Shown here in pieces: positions 23,619 to 37,576 of a DNA stretch of 64,000 nucleotides. A program made the position numbers and the translations under genes. Each line of letters begins with the position of its first letter. The first letter of the stretch is position 1. This DNA comes from Balanoglossus misakiensis. Its lineage: Eukaryota; Animalia; Hemichordata. Below the pieces are notes generated by a model. It was not told the DNA's origin and searched no databases. It saw only the letters and a program-made list of their open reading frames with translations. The stretch is taken from NCBI GenBank assembly GCA_040954595.2, contig CM082597.2, positions 4,345,244 to 4,409,243 of the forward strand. Direction: 5' to 3'.

Positions 23619-26600
23619 ATGATGAGACTTCTCAGTGTAATAGCAGCCATCTTCTTTGTTGGCGTATCAGGTAAGGGAGATGAACATATTACTCTGTTGC
23701 GTCCAAAATAAAACTTTGAATCAACTGTTTAATGCGGGAAGTTAATGACTGCGACGCATGACTTGGCAGGTGCAAGGGTGCTCCTGCAGTGACCCTCGTC
23801 TACTACAATGAAATATTTTGAGCTGCACTGAGGGAATTTACCCAGTGACGGTCGATTTTTGTTCATCACAACATAGTTATTGTATTGTAGCCAGTCTCAG
23901 TTGACCCCAAACCGCTATTGCATAACATGTTGCAAGTCAAACAAAGACATGCGTTGACACCGGGCAAGAAATTGGGTTGTGTTTTGTTCAGTGTGATAAT
24001 TCTTATCACTTAGGTATTCATAGCCGTCTAGACTACAGGTGGCTTTTCATTTTCGCCTTGAATGGGAAAGGACACAATGTGTTTCTTTTACCGTGTTGAT
24101 TGAAAATAGAGATGGTCAGTACATTCCTTGTGTGCAGCTCAAACCGTTTTCATTGTGGAAGAGCATAACACATATGGGAAAAACAGGCACAGTGGGTGAA
24201 AATGAAAATCTGTGCTGTAAAATCAATCACTGTCAATCAGTTGTGTAGACTACTGTCTTCTCCCTCAGCTGGACCTGTCTGTCCAGATGGAGTCCTGAAA
24301 GACAAAATGGTCGGCTTTGCCGGAAATGCAGAAAGCTACCTGAAACTCACTGAGGCCAACGTGCCCGAGATGCACAAGTTCTCGTCGTGTTGGTGGCTAC
24401 AGTCGTACGAGACTGGCGAGGACACGCAAGACATCACGTACTGGACGTACGCGAGCGACGACGGGGCGGCCATCTTGTATGCAAATGACGTCAAGCACTT
24501 CGAGATGTGGATCAACAACCTTCGGGCGTTCGGCGGCGCCGACTTCGACGTCCGTTTCGGTCTCTGGCACCACCTCTGCTTCTCGTGGGACAACGCTGAG
24601 GGCGACTACCACATGTACAAAGACGGTCGCCTGCTGAAGTCGGGTACAAGGTTCAAGAAGGGCGAAATTGTCGTTGGTGGTGGAGACCTGTATATCGGAC
24701 AGGGGAGTCTGACCGGCGGAAAGTCCTTTAGGGGCAACATGGCATCATTCAACCTGTGGGACAAAGTTATTGACCCTGCCGATGTCCATGTAAGTGGAAA
24801 TGGGAACCAGTGCCCATAATATTGTTTGATTTTTTTTTCGGCTCGCATTTGCTGAAGATCTTGAAGTAATTGTGTAGACTCTAATTTGCACTTCATATAA
24901 CTGTGTTGAAACGAAAATATTAAAACAAAAACAAAACGTCCGGTAAAAAAAATTAAGTAGTCTTTGAAAATTCATGCAATATCGAACTGGCCTTATCAAC
25001 TAAGAATTTTGGTGCGTCGTGAAAACCCTATATGACTACCAATTGTCATTATAATATCTCATGAAAATAGCAATAAAAGCAAGTGGAGTTTCTTCTATGT
25101 AACATAATTTCACCTCTATGTTCATTTTCCACAGGCTATAGCGTCAAGCTATAGTTCATCCTTCGCTTCTGGTAATCTGATTTCGTGGACCTGTTTTAAG
25201 GAGTCGCATTTGGTCGGTGTCGAAACATCTGACACACCATTGAAGGGCGGTGAGTATCAAACTGAATGTGCCCCCCCCCCCTATTCTTTACTATCAATCA
25301 CGTGATCTGGCCATGTGATCCACGGCGTTGTCATTTCCAGATGACAGGCAAATCATATCTCGACATTCTGTAAACGAGTTTCCTTTGATTTTTTTGCAAT
25401 TTTTTTAATTAATGCATATCTTAAAACAATCCAACCAGATGGTAACACTTCATTTTCCTCCAACGACAGAACCACACCGTGACACTTGTGAGGGCGGAGA
25501 GTTTGCCGGCAAAGTACTGCAGATGGATGAGGGCGCTGGCAAGTTCGCGTTCGTGCAGGCCACCCAGCCCGTTCCAGATCTGAAAGCCTTCACGTGCTGT
25601 GCATGGGTCAAGACCACGGAGAAAGACATACGGGCGGATGCGGTGAATTACCGGGTCAAGGACAACGCTGTCGGCAGTTTCCTGGTGCGTAATCCGGCCA
25701 ACTTGAGACTCTACGTGAACGCCAAGGGCGGCAAGGAGAGCGGAGTGGCCATCAACGACGGACAATGGCGCCACCTTTGCGCCACGTGGTCGTCGGACGG
25801 GGGCGCTTTCCAGTACATTGCCGGCGGTCAAGTGGTGGCAGCGTTTGACAATCTGGCAGCGGGCGAAACCATCGCGGGCGGGGGAGTTCTCATACTCGGC
25901 ATAGGTCAGCGTCGTATTGGCGCCAACCTTGACTGGAAGAACAAGTTCAACTTTCAGTTAGCCGACTATAATCTGTGGAGCACCGTTCAAAGCCTGGAAG
26001 ATATGTCTGTAGGTTAAATTAGAAACCCTAGATCTAGACCCCAGAATAATTCCCGCCAGTAGAATGCATCCTGATACGTTCCGCCATTTTGACGCCTTCT
26101 TTTGAAACAATGTAGACTTTGCTTGACCTTTTCTATGTCATAGGCGATCGCCTTGTAAACACAACACAGTTTCAAGGCGACCGCACCCATCCTACAAGTG
26201 TTACTTTTGAACTTATTTTGAACTGTTCAAAGTACATCTGTATCAAATCAGAGCTGAGTGTGTGCCCCCCCCCCACAGACTGTGATTTCTTAGTTCGTTA
26301 CACTGTAGCCAACAATACCTCTATTCCTTTCTTTCACATGTTTTCTCGCATTTTCTCATGCAGATGTCGATGTCCTGCGGTCACGCTAGCTGTGGTGACG
26401 TCATTTCCTGGCATGCCTTTACATCACTCAACCTAACACCTGATGTTGTCGTCAAGGATTCTGACGTACCATACGGTAAGGATAATTAAACATGCGAGTG
26501 GTCAAAGGAAATTTCTTCTGCCGTAAAATTGTTTGTCTTAACTTCTTGTAGACTTTTACACGAGTTGCTTTCTTATTCGTTCATCCATGTTTTATTTTAT

Positions 26601-26626
26601 TTTCAGAGGAACATGCTGATATGTAG
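23619..26626 (+). CDS. Secreted tandem pentraxin-like protein, paralog 2, ~452 aa
   Basis: Exons 23619-23670, 24269-24789, 25135-25249, 25470-26008, 26364-26475, 26607-26626 (EEHADM*). Signatures WHHLCFSWDN and WRHLCATWSS. Confidence 0.9.
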
Positions 26627-28370
26627 ATCACACCAGATCAAGTCGACGGCGCATGTCAATACCTGGGGAACAAGTTGCCTTCTAATAATAATAAAAACAA
26701 CCCTTTGTCACTGAATTTTGATCGTAATTCTGTAATGGAATGAGTTTTCACCAGATGGTGAATCGTTAAAATAACTTTGGGCGTGAAAAACCCAGGTGTT
26801 AAAAATTAAATATAACTCTAGCTTCCATAAGGTAACACCTGTCTCTACGTGTGTTATTTTCGATGGTGAAAAATTTGTTCGAAAGATGACGGCTGCTCCC
26901 GCTTCCGCCAGGCTTTTCACTTCCTGACCTTTCTCGATCGAAGTGATCGCTCGGCCAATGTGTTATTTCACACTACCTGTAGTCCTTTTTCTCTTTTGTT
27001 TGCTCTAAAAATTCGAGATTTATCATAATACACGTCCATGAAACGAAGAATGTACACGGATGTAGCGAAATTTGCTTTTGTTTGAAAGAAGCTTGGCAGA
27101 TTACACCATCTGTTGCGACGAATTTCTGTGTTATTAATGGACCCGACTCAATAAGGTTCGTTTCGTGAAAGGATACATACGGATATCTCTAAATATAATT
27201 ACGGAAACGATGCTCAGGACAGAAAACAATTGAGTGACAGCGTTAATTTTATAAGTTGAATAGTCATTATTAGGCTTTTCAAGAAAACGCCTATTCCATT
27301 ATTTGAGAGCCCATTTTTAATAATATTGCCACGAAAAGTATGGATATGAGGGTGAGCGAAAATGAATGACAGAACTTGCCCCCCCCCCCACACACACACT
27401 GAGACCCCAAATCCAAGTCGGATAGACAAACTGACAGACCACATACAAACTTAGAAGAGTATGATAAAAGGAGCACAACTTTGCTTACACGTACACAAGG
27501 CTTTCTATCTGCTGTGTGATTATAAATTTGGAAATACAGACGTGTTTGATCTCTGACAGAATGACGTATCGGGTTTGGCGTCTACCCCTATCCCGAGAAA
27601 CACTGGCAGCGTCGTGTGACTTTATCATGTATACATATGTCCACTGATAAAAGTGGACATTAACTTAATATTCAACTCTGGGCGTACGGTACTTGTTTAA
27701 CACCTTTACCCGGGGAACAAAGGGATCTGAAAATAGCATGACGCATGCAAATGTTAAGTCTTAACACAGTACAGCATATTGCAATTTATAATGTCTCTCT
27801 CGATATTATGTTTTATCGACAATGAATCCTCACTAAGTTGCATTTTATCGCGTCGTACGATTTTTGTATCGCTCTTATATCTGCCACCCATAGCTCCTCG
27901 CTAATAGGTTACCCTCGACAAACGGCTGTAGGATTCCACCAACAGCTGAAATTTGGGAAGGGACCGCCCATTCGATTAATATTCATGAGATATAATAATC
28001 ACTGAATATTCATATGAATATAATTGACACTATATGCAATAAAAGCCACAGAACTTTTACACAACATCACTTGTCTTCCCACACTGTGGAACCCGAAGGT
28101 AAGGGAAACTATTACTCTGTAACAGAAATATTCTGTTCTCAGTAGCAAGTCATGTCATGTTCAAAGTCAATGCACCGACTGCGTAGAACTTTTTTAATAT
28201 TAAATTTAAGCTGAGAAATTTAAAAAGTGGGTCGATGAAAGAGACATGTTACATCTGATAGCGATATATCGAAGTGTGAAAACCCTCAGTTGCTCTCTGG
28301 AATTTCGTTTCAATTGTACTTTCATATTTTTTCAGGTGACATTGTTCGTGGGGCAAACATTTTAGCGAAC

Positions 28371-31300
28371 ATGAGAATCTTCGCTTTAGTAGCAGCTGTC
28401 TTCTTTGTCGGCGTATCAGGTAAGTGAGTCAAGAATGGGTAATACCGGTGTATTTTTATAATGATGAACAGCAAGTTATTAATTAAATTTACAATTACAG
28501 TAGCTTGTAGTGCGTGAGCGATGTGCGTGGTAGTTTTTGTCCTATTTAAGCAAAAATTGCTTCTCTTTTGACAAATATGGTAGGGCTAAGTGTAAACATT
28601 GTATTCGTACATTTTTGTTATATGCTTGAATCATGGCGCAATCCATCTCTCCTGTAAAATTAAAATGATTATTCTACGTTACACCAACTGGATTTTTGTG
28701 TCTGTTTTGCTTGACGAAATAGCCGGACCCGTGTGCCCAGATGGTATCCTGAAAGGCAAGATGGTCGGCTTTGCCGGAAATGCAGAGAGTTACCTGAAGC
28801 TTTCGGATGCTAACATCCCCGAGTTGACCAGGCTGTCGGCCTGTTGGTGGGTGCAGTCCCCCGAGACCAGCGAAGACACACAGGAAATCACTTACTGGAC
28901 ATACGAGACCGAGGACAAGCTCACCAACGTCTACGCCAACGACGTCAAGCATCTGGAGTTCTGGATCAACAACATGAGAGCCTTCGGCGGCCCCGACTTC
29001 GACGTCCGCTTCGGGCTCTGGCATCACCTCTGCCTGGCCTGGGACAACGCCGAGGGCGAGCACCAGCTGTACAAAGATGGCCGCATGCTGAAGGCCGGCA
29101 AGCGGTTCAAGAAGGGAGAGGTCATCGGAGGCGGTGGCGTCATCATGGTCGGACAGTTCCTGCGCAAGGGCAGATTCAGCGACGGCAATGCCTTCAAGGG
29201 AAACATGGCGTCCCTTAACTTCTGGGACAGCGTTATTGAGCCAACCGCCGTTCAGGTAATGACGCCACATTGGCTATTGGTTCCACATTGTCCACTATAC
29301 CATGTCAGTTTGTCTTGGCTAAAATTCAAAAGGCCTAGGTAAACATCTTTTTGAGAAAAGACACCTTTTTGAAGGGCGTGTTCCATCTAGAAACCGACAT
29401 AATTATTAGTCAGAATTCCTTGCACACATATTGTTCAGTGTGATAGAAATTATTACGAAAAAAATCCGAAAACACTGCAATTTTGTGTAGATGTCGACAT
29501 TTCCAGTTGACATGATCAGTTTAGCTACCTACATAGCGACAAAATCATATGACAACCGGATACAGTAAGACTACACAAATAACCGTTTTATGTGTTGCAT
29601 CCCAGCGTAATTTAGTTGTTGAATACCCCCCCCCCCCTCAATTTTGCAGGACATATACAACAGTGGAAGTTCATCATTTGCTGCTGGCAATCTGGTTTCA
29701 TGGACTTGCTTCAAGGAAGGAGATTTGGTCGGTGTTGAAACTTGTGATTCCATTTTAACTGGCGGTAAGTATCAAATCAACATCACAGAAAACCACAACT
29801 GCAATGACATCACATAAAATCACAGATACATTCTGAGGTTCATTCTCGCAAATTGGAATTACTGAATAACAATGTAACCAATTTATACTTCACTTGACGT
29901 CAACAGAAACACACGACACTTGCGAGGGTGGAGAATTCGCAGGTAAAGTCCTCCAGATGGACGAAGAAGCTGGACCATTTGGATACATCGAGGCATCCCA
30001 ACCCATCCCTGACCTGAAGGCCTTCACCGCCTGCGGCTGGGGCAAGACCACCGAGAAGGGCACCCGCGTCGACATCATGAACTACCGCGTGAAGGCCGAC
30101 TCCGCCGGCAGCATCGTCCTCAAGAACCCCAGCAACGTCAAACTCATCGTCAACACCAAGAACGCCGCCGACAGCGGAGCCGCCTTCAACGACGGTATGT
30201 GGCACCACTACTGTGCCACGTGGTCGTCGGAAGGTGGCGCCTACCAGTACATTGCCGGCGGCAAAGTCGTGGCATCCGGCGACGGTGTGGCCGCCGGAGA
30301 AACCATCATGGGAGGCGGTGTCCTGCTCCTCGGCGTCGGCCAGCGCCGTATTGGCGCCAACTACGACTTTAAGAACAAATTCAACAACCAGATCGCCGAC
30401 TTCAATCTGTTCAGCTCCGTCAAGAGCGTGGAAGATATTGCGGTAAGTTAGTTAAGCGATCAATTGCGCCTTTTACCAAATGACCCCTTTCTTCAAATGA
30501 AGTGTTCTTTGAACTCGGACATACTGACGCCCCTCCCTTTGGCCCACAAAGGCATTCGACATACTGGCGCCCCTGGGTCCTCATAAGCATTCAAATCCAA
30601 ACCCAAACTAGGAAGCAAAATAAAGTAAATTGAAACAGTGTGTCAATTTGCAGTGGCGATGTATTCTTGCTGAACACAGATGTTGGCATGTCACTTTGTC
30701 TTTTCCATTCCTAGCGCATACAAACTGTTCACGCTATGTCCTGTCCTGTCCACATGGTCTTTTTCTCTGAAAATCTCGTTAACTGCAGTGAACTGGAACC
30801 ACACTGTTATTCCTAATATCCCCCTGCATACGATTCAAAACTTTCAATATTTCTGATTGAATATTTCCCCCGCAGATGATGATGGCTTCTTGCAGCACTT
30901 GCTGTGGTGACGTCATTTCCTGGCACGCTCTGACCTCCCGTAACATCTCACCAGATGTTGTTGTTAAGGATTCAGATGTACCATACGGTAGGTGGTCACG
31001 CATACCATGTCTTAGCCTGGTCTCCATACCCAATGTTTTTTACATAGACTCCTGTGCTTGAGTCTATCTATACTAACAACACACTGGTTATGGAGACCAA
31101 GCTAACCATGTTTGTACGTTTTCCGACATTAAAATGAGTCTTTATGTGTCAGTGAATTTTCCATTCGACACAATGTATCATTATCAGAGTCCAACGTATT
31201 GCTGCAATCACAGACAAAGAGAAAAAAACTGTTTCTCTTTGTCTGTGCTGCAATGTATTACACAAGACTTGAATAAACAAACAAATTAAACAAAGGAACA

Positions 31301-31480
31301 AACAAAACAAACAAACCAATACATAAATACACAAACATCATTTAACCATCACCACTAAACTCAGAAAACCAGTGATGAGTAAAACACATGATGTTTTTTA
31401 CCTCGAGGTGACTGTCATATTTACTGACTTATTCTAACTATTTCTGTCATCTTTTTCTACTTCCAGAAGAGCATATGTAA
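28371..31480 (+). CDS. Secreted tandem pentraxin-like protein, paralog 3, ~452 aa
   Basis: Exons 28371-28419, 28723-29255, 29650-29764, 29907-30442, 30876-30987, 31467-31480 (EEHM*). Signatures WHHLCLAWDN and WHHYCATWSS. Confidence 0.9.
31013..31104. mobile_element. Short inverted-repeat (MITE-like) element in an intron of paralog 3
   Basis: TAGCCTGGTCTCCATACC ... GGTTATGGAGACCAAGCTA terminal inverted repeats, with an internal hairpin atagactc/gagtctat. Confidence 0.55.
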
Positions 31481-31916
31481 GCTATACAGAAAACCACCAC
31501 CCTTCGTTGTTGTTGCTGTCATAGAGAGTGCTGCTTTATCACTGGGAGATCCAACAAAACAGAGTGCATGAGCAGAGAAGTGACAACTGGTGCAATCGAG
31601 TGATTCAGCATTTTATGAAATTTACATTAGACATGTATTTCCTTTGATTGGAAACTATTGGACGCGATAGAATAAAGTTTTATGTCAGCAATTCCATAAC
31701 TGTGGTCTTGTCAGTCTTCTAATTTCTCTTCTCGAAAAGTTGATGGCCCCTTTGAACACTCCAGAATAATGCAACAGGTCCCCATGGTCAGTTGTCTTGA
31801 CAATGTTGATAGTACTCGTGAAAATTATCATGTGCAGTGGAGCAGAAAAAACTATACTAGGAACAGTTCCTTGTAGACACAAGAGTGAAAAACTCACCAA
31901 AATGAATAATTGGTCT

Positions 31917-32083
31917 TTACCGTTTATTCATTTTGGCGATCATATCCTACAAACGGGATGGAAGTTATGTGTGGTCGTACGTTGATTCACTATATACCCA
32001 CATGTAGAATAACATGAACGGTGTCTTGTATCAAACATAATTAATGGAATAAAGGGCAGCGAGAGAGAGACTTTGACCCTTTA
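31917..32083. repeat. Dispersed repeat family; related copies at ~13160-13240 and ~45709-45895
   Basis: Shared blocks tttaccgtttattcattttggcga...catatcctacaaac and aacggtgtcttgtatcaaaca(t/c)aattaa...aaagggcagc...gagagaga. Confidence 0.8.
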
Positions 32084-34687
32084 ACTAAGCTGATTTGATC
32101 TTTCTCTACTCCTACCAATACATGTTAGACTGTCATGGTTGTCATGGCTTTCAGGTGTATATATTTCCAAGACAAAATGTCTGGTCCATACTCTGCCATT
32201 ATAGATACGGAAGTACTTCTTTCCATCTACTGCGAAAATACCTGGTGAACTGCACAGATCACGTGTATGTTTCTCTGGCTTGTGTTATTACATAGGTACA
32301 CGCTGTATCAGTGGATATGTTCTCTTTTTTGACGGAAAACGAATTTTCAATTGTTGAGCAATGCGCTAGTGGTTACGCAACCCTGAGATGGTCAACAATT
32401 GGCCATTGTTCCCGACTATTGTTATGCAAAGTGAGCTCATGTCGGGTCAGTTCTTTGGTCGCATGGCTGAGGGTCACGCTCAATATGCTAATTTATCCCA
32501 GATGTCTTATATCCATAATCAGACACCCATCCTTTCCGTTAACCTCCAAGTACATTGTACTGCCACAAACGTAGCGAGTGAAAGCGCTGGTCAAAGGGTA
32601 AACTACATCACTCTTGGAAAACTTATGTACCACACAGATCACGTAAAAAAGTTCATGAGATTATGTCATGCTATATTATATTTGGTTCGCCAGTTTTGAG
32701 TTGTAAAAGGGAAAGCTTCTTTCACGTGACACCAGATAGACACTACACACACACGACACACAGGCAATTGTGACGCGACCACCATCATTTGTGCCTACGT
32801 CCTGCGTCCGATGGTTGCTTATAGTGCTTCAGCAGTTCCCCACTCGTGCCTCTGCTACTCGGTGTTCAAAACTAACTGATCTCGATACACTTTCAAGTTG
32901 TTAGTCGTGTGAAATGTAACTCACGTGACAGTCAATACACTTGATTTGCATAATCGAAATCTGTCAAAACTCCAAAATAGATCAGCCAGAAATGGCATTG
33001 GCCAACTGAGAAACATCTGGCAGCAGGTGTACATATTTAACATTGTCCGGGGCTTTGACATATGTGAGTACACCATGCCGTTTGGTTTTAAAAAAGAACC
33101 ACATTTTAGTTGCCCATCTGGTAATGCCATGCCATTCTGTTGTGACAATGATATTATTGGAAGTGTGAAACGCACATTCACGCATGGTACGTTCTCAGTG
33201 CGGAAGCTAGTGCGTCCTTGCTTCACATGTTACTAAATGACAATACTCTTGCGATAAATTGATATTTACTATCCGCTAACATATCAGAAAATCATGTCAA
33301 AATATTCGACCCACTCTTCCAGAGCGAGAAATGCAAACAACATGATTTGTGCTTGGTGTCACGGCAAGGAGTCGTTTAATGCCAAACGCGGCGCATCGAT
33401 ACAGAAGTGCATGTAGTGAGGCCCGTGCGAAACACCCCGGTACAAAGAGGGAACTTGATTGGTCAAGAGGCGAACAACGCTGATGAATTGTCACTCAAAG
33501 GGCCCGTGTTGTTGGGCGTTCTATTTTAACATTTTGTAGCATTCACGCGTCCCGTTATGGCGGATACCGCATCACATTTTGGTCACCAATGGTATCACTC
33601 CGCGTGCCTGTGTATTGTACACGTACTGAGGTACACAGAAATTTCTTCTCACTACCACTGGTCTAGTAAAATGTAAAATAGTTTATATTGAAAAAAACAT
33701 AATAGATCGGCACCCACCACAAATTTATTGTGGTCAGTCGCGCGGAATCGGTCTCGGTGGTCTGTTACTGTCTCTCTCCAAAGGAGAGTTAACCTTAGTT
33801 TTTTATTTTTAAACGTGTTGACATACAATTAAGTATGACACCTCTTGCATACGGAAATTTCAAAATATCTTAGAACAGACGCTCTGTATGCAGATGCTTT
33901 GCTTAAATAGAGCTAATCGGATATTACCATGGGAACTCATTAAAATACCATGCATATTAATTATTCATTACATTATTTGAATATTGATTGCACATATAAA
34001 GAGTCAAAATTTCCAACTGTGATATTCATCTTCGGAGCAGCATTACTGTTCACTAGGTAAGATCAAGTGTATTTTTTTCTAAAGACTGGAGCCCTATACG
34101 AGTATCCTGCGATCTTTAAATTTGGATCTATGATACGAGTCTCGTTGGCTGTGATCTTTGGCACGAGGGGATATTACAGGCATCGAACTCAACACCCAAT
34201 ACCAAACACGTATATGGTCATTGTGTGTCCCAAGCGTTTTTTTCGAGTTCTATTTCGAATTTTTGATGCAATTATGTGACGTTTTCTCTAGTTTATCTTT
34301 GATAATCTGACTCGATGTGTGACTGCGCAGGCCGCAGATCAAAATATACCGCAAACATACGCACAACGTTCGGTATGGCTAACCACATTACGTTCTTTAC
34401 GCGTGAATAACATGCTGCCGTTTTCCATCATACATGACTACGAAGTAGAAAATTTAAGATGGACATTCACGGCCAATATTTGAAAACTTGCTACTGCTCA
34501 CCATCTGTTACCTTTTTTACGTTCACTTGCTTTGGATTTCAAAGCACAGTGTGGAAAATATTACCAAGATAAGCTAATATGCCTTTCAGATAACAAAATA
34601 TTGTTGCACCATCTGAAATACATGGCTTTCGATTGTCATGTGAAACGTTATGTTTTGTTCGAACAGGAGGAAGATACTTGAATCATC

Positions 34688-37576
34688 ATGAGAGTCCTCG
34701 CTTGCGTCGCAGCCATCCTGTGTGTTGGCGCATACGTGTCAGGTAAGGCAATTCTAAATGATTGACAGTCCAGATAGACAGAATTTAAAACATGTTTGAA
34801 TCGATCAATCAAGTAAACACTTGTTAATTCAATTCACTTGTATTTTATGCGTTTCGAAAGCAGATCTACTGCAGATTTCGCTCAATTTCTTGGCACACTT
34901 ATGGAAGGCCACATGAACACTTGCCTAGTATGTAGTTATTGTGAGCTGAAAGTGAGATTGTTCGCGAGTATAATTCGAGGAAATTAAATAAGTGGTCATC
35001 ATAGATTTTTTTCTCATGCCCCCTTACCGGCAATTCTGAAGTTCCTTATACTAAACCAAACCAAACCAAACCAAACCAAACCAAACCAAACCAAAACCAA
35101 AACCAAAACCAAACCACACCAAACCAAACAAACTCAAGCAGACTATGACTGATGTTTGACATGTTTCTTGTTGGCAACAGCTGCACCAGTCGACTGCAAC
35201 GATGGTGCATTGAAAGGCAAAATGGCTGGCTTTGACGGCAAGCCAGACACTTGCCTGATGCTGACCAACCCCGGAATCCCCACCCTGGAGAGATTCTCCA
35301 CCTGCTGGTGGGCACAGTCTTTCGTCACCGACGAGACCACCGAGGGTCTGACATACTGGTCGTACATCACCGATGACGTGAAGACCGGTCACTTGGCCGC
35401 CAGGGACGTCAAGCATCTCGAGATGTGGGTCAACAAACAGAGAGTCTTCGGAGGCGCCGATTTCGACATCCGTTTCGGTCTCTGGCATCACCTCTGCTTC
35501 ACCTGGTGCAACCAGGAGGGCGATTACCAGATCTTCAGGGATGGCCGCCTCATGAAGGCCGGCTCCCGCTTCAAGAAGGGAGAAACAGTCCTCGGCGGTG
35601 GCGACATCATCGTTGGACAGTACATCGCCCAGAAGGGCGCCGAAATCAACGCCAAATACGCTCTCGAGGGCAACCTTGCCTCCCTCGGTCTGTGGGATAC
35701 AGTTATCGATTCTGCTGAGATTGTGGTAAGTAGCAGAACTGTAATAATGACAGAGTGTTTAGATATTTTCATCGAAATAGGAAATGGCGTCTTTCAAGGT
35801 TTTAAAAGAATTTTCATACTCCACGGTGATATTTGGTATTGTCACGGCAACCACGACTTTTTCAATATGCCTGTTAAAACGCAGTGACCCCTCTACAAAC
35901 GTTGTGGTATTAACAAAGACTTCTCTTGTTCTGATCTACAGGCTATGGCTCTGAGCCGTGATTCTTCCCTGGGATGTGGTAATCTTGTCAGCTGGACTAG
36001 CTTCAAGGAAGACGACATTGTTGGTGTCGAAACTTGCCCAACTGTTCTGACTGGCGGTGAGTGAATTTGCTTGCTTTGCTACTGCGGGGAGGGCGTGATA
36101 TGTTAGGACAAGGTTTCACCAAGTCAGCGTAGTGTGATTTACATGTACTAGTATAGTGGAGAGGGGAAATGTGTGTGGTGTGGTGTGGTGCGGTGTGGTG
36201 TGGTGTGTTTTGATGTGTGGCTTGCAGTGATGTAATGTGACGTGGTGTGTTGTACAGTATCCCTCTTGCGATGTACAAAACTGTTTGTTGGTCATCCCAA
36301 CTAACATTCTCAACGTGTTTACTGTCGACAGAATTTCCAGTAGGAGAATTCTCCGGCAAAGTCCTGCAGATGGACAACGTCGTCGGCCCCCACGGTTACG
36401 TGGAATCTTTTGAGGTTGTCCCAGACATGACCGCCATGACCGTCTGCACCTGGGGCAGGACCACCGAGACCAACATCAGAGCCGATCTCTTCGGCTACCG
36501 CGTGAAGGACAACTCCGTCGGCAGCTTCATCGTCCGCGACCCCACCAACCTGAGACTCTACGTCAACGCCAAGGGCGCGCCCGAGAGCGAAGCCGCCGTC
36601 AACGACGGCAACTGGCACCACGTCTGCGCCATCTGGGACGCAGAGGGCGGTATCTTCCAGTACTACGGTGACGGCATGCTCGCCAAGTCCGGTGAGGGGC
36701 TTGTACCAGGTGGCGTCATCGCCGGAGGTGGCTCACTCGTCCTTGGCGTGTCACAGCGTCGTCTTGGCGCCAACTTCGACTGGAGGAAGAGATTCAACCA
36801 TGAACTCACCGACTTCAACGTTTGGGGCGTAGTTAAAAGCCAGGCCGATATTGCTGTAAGTTAACTACATATACTGAGTTTTCTATATTATTTCCCACAA
36901 CTCTAGTGACACGTTAAAATTTCCTGTATAAAGAAAGTGTCACGATACGTAAAGAGGTTCATTACTTTGCATCTGGAAGGAGCTGGAGGGAAAGAGGGGC
37001 TTCTCCATCACACCAACCGGGATGGAAATCACAAAAGTTCAAATGAAAACTTCAAAACGTTGCACAATCCTGTTTCTAGACCAATCCCAAGCCCACTCCG
37101 ATATCAAATGGTTCAACCCATTGCCGTAGAATACTATTCCTGTGTGATAATGTTGTTGCCAGCGTGACGAACAGTCAACGGGTGTTTTGTAACAGACAAA
37201 CTATCGAACGACGTTTTTTGGCATACCTAAGTATAAGGCGTACGTCCTATAATATTTGTTTTCAACCTGTTTCCTTCATGCAGAAAATGATGGCTGGTCC
37301 ATGCACAGACGACTGTGGTTGCGTCATTTCCTGGAACGCTTTCTCCTCCGCCAACATCACACCAGACGTTCTTGTAAAAGACTCTGATGTGCCATACAGT
37401 AAGTCAAACGCCTAGAGTTTTTATCCGAGTGTTAAGTTTTAAGAAAGAACAATTTCCGGCGGACAAAAAGCATAAGAGGGATGGACTATTGCATACGTTC
37501 ATGTTTGGAATGATAACGTACAGTCTAGATTATATTTAATTTTGCCATTGTAATTTCTCCTGTTACAGAAAAGTAA
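34688..37576 (+). CDS. Secreted tandem pentraxin-like protein, paralog 4, ~453 aa
   Basis: Exons 34688-34742, 35181-35725, 35942-36056, 36332-36855, 37284-37398, 37569-37576 (KK*). Signatures WHHLCFTWCN and WHHVCAIWDA. Confidence 0.9.
35053..35131. repeat. (AAACC)n pentanucleotide microsatellite
   Basis: aaaccaaaccaaacc... immediately upstream of an acceptor in paralog 4. Confidence 0.95.
36170..36250. repeat. (GTGTG)n pentanucleotide microsatellite, degenerate
   Basis: gtgtggtgtggtgtggtgcggtgtggtgtgg... Confidence 0.85.

Noticed and set aside
32921-33500. ORFs with faint LINE-like (SKLQNRSAR) or THAP-like (CAAFG) words
   Set aside because: The matches are too short, with no RT or transposase catalytic motifs; at most a decayed element that I cannot support.
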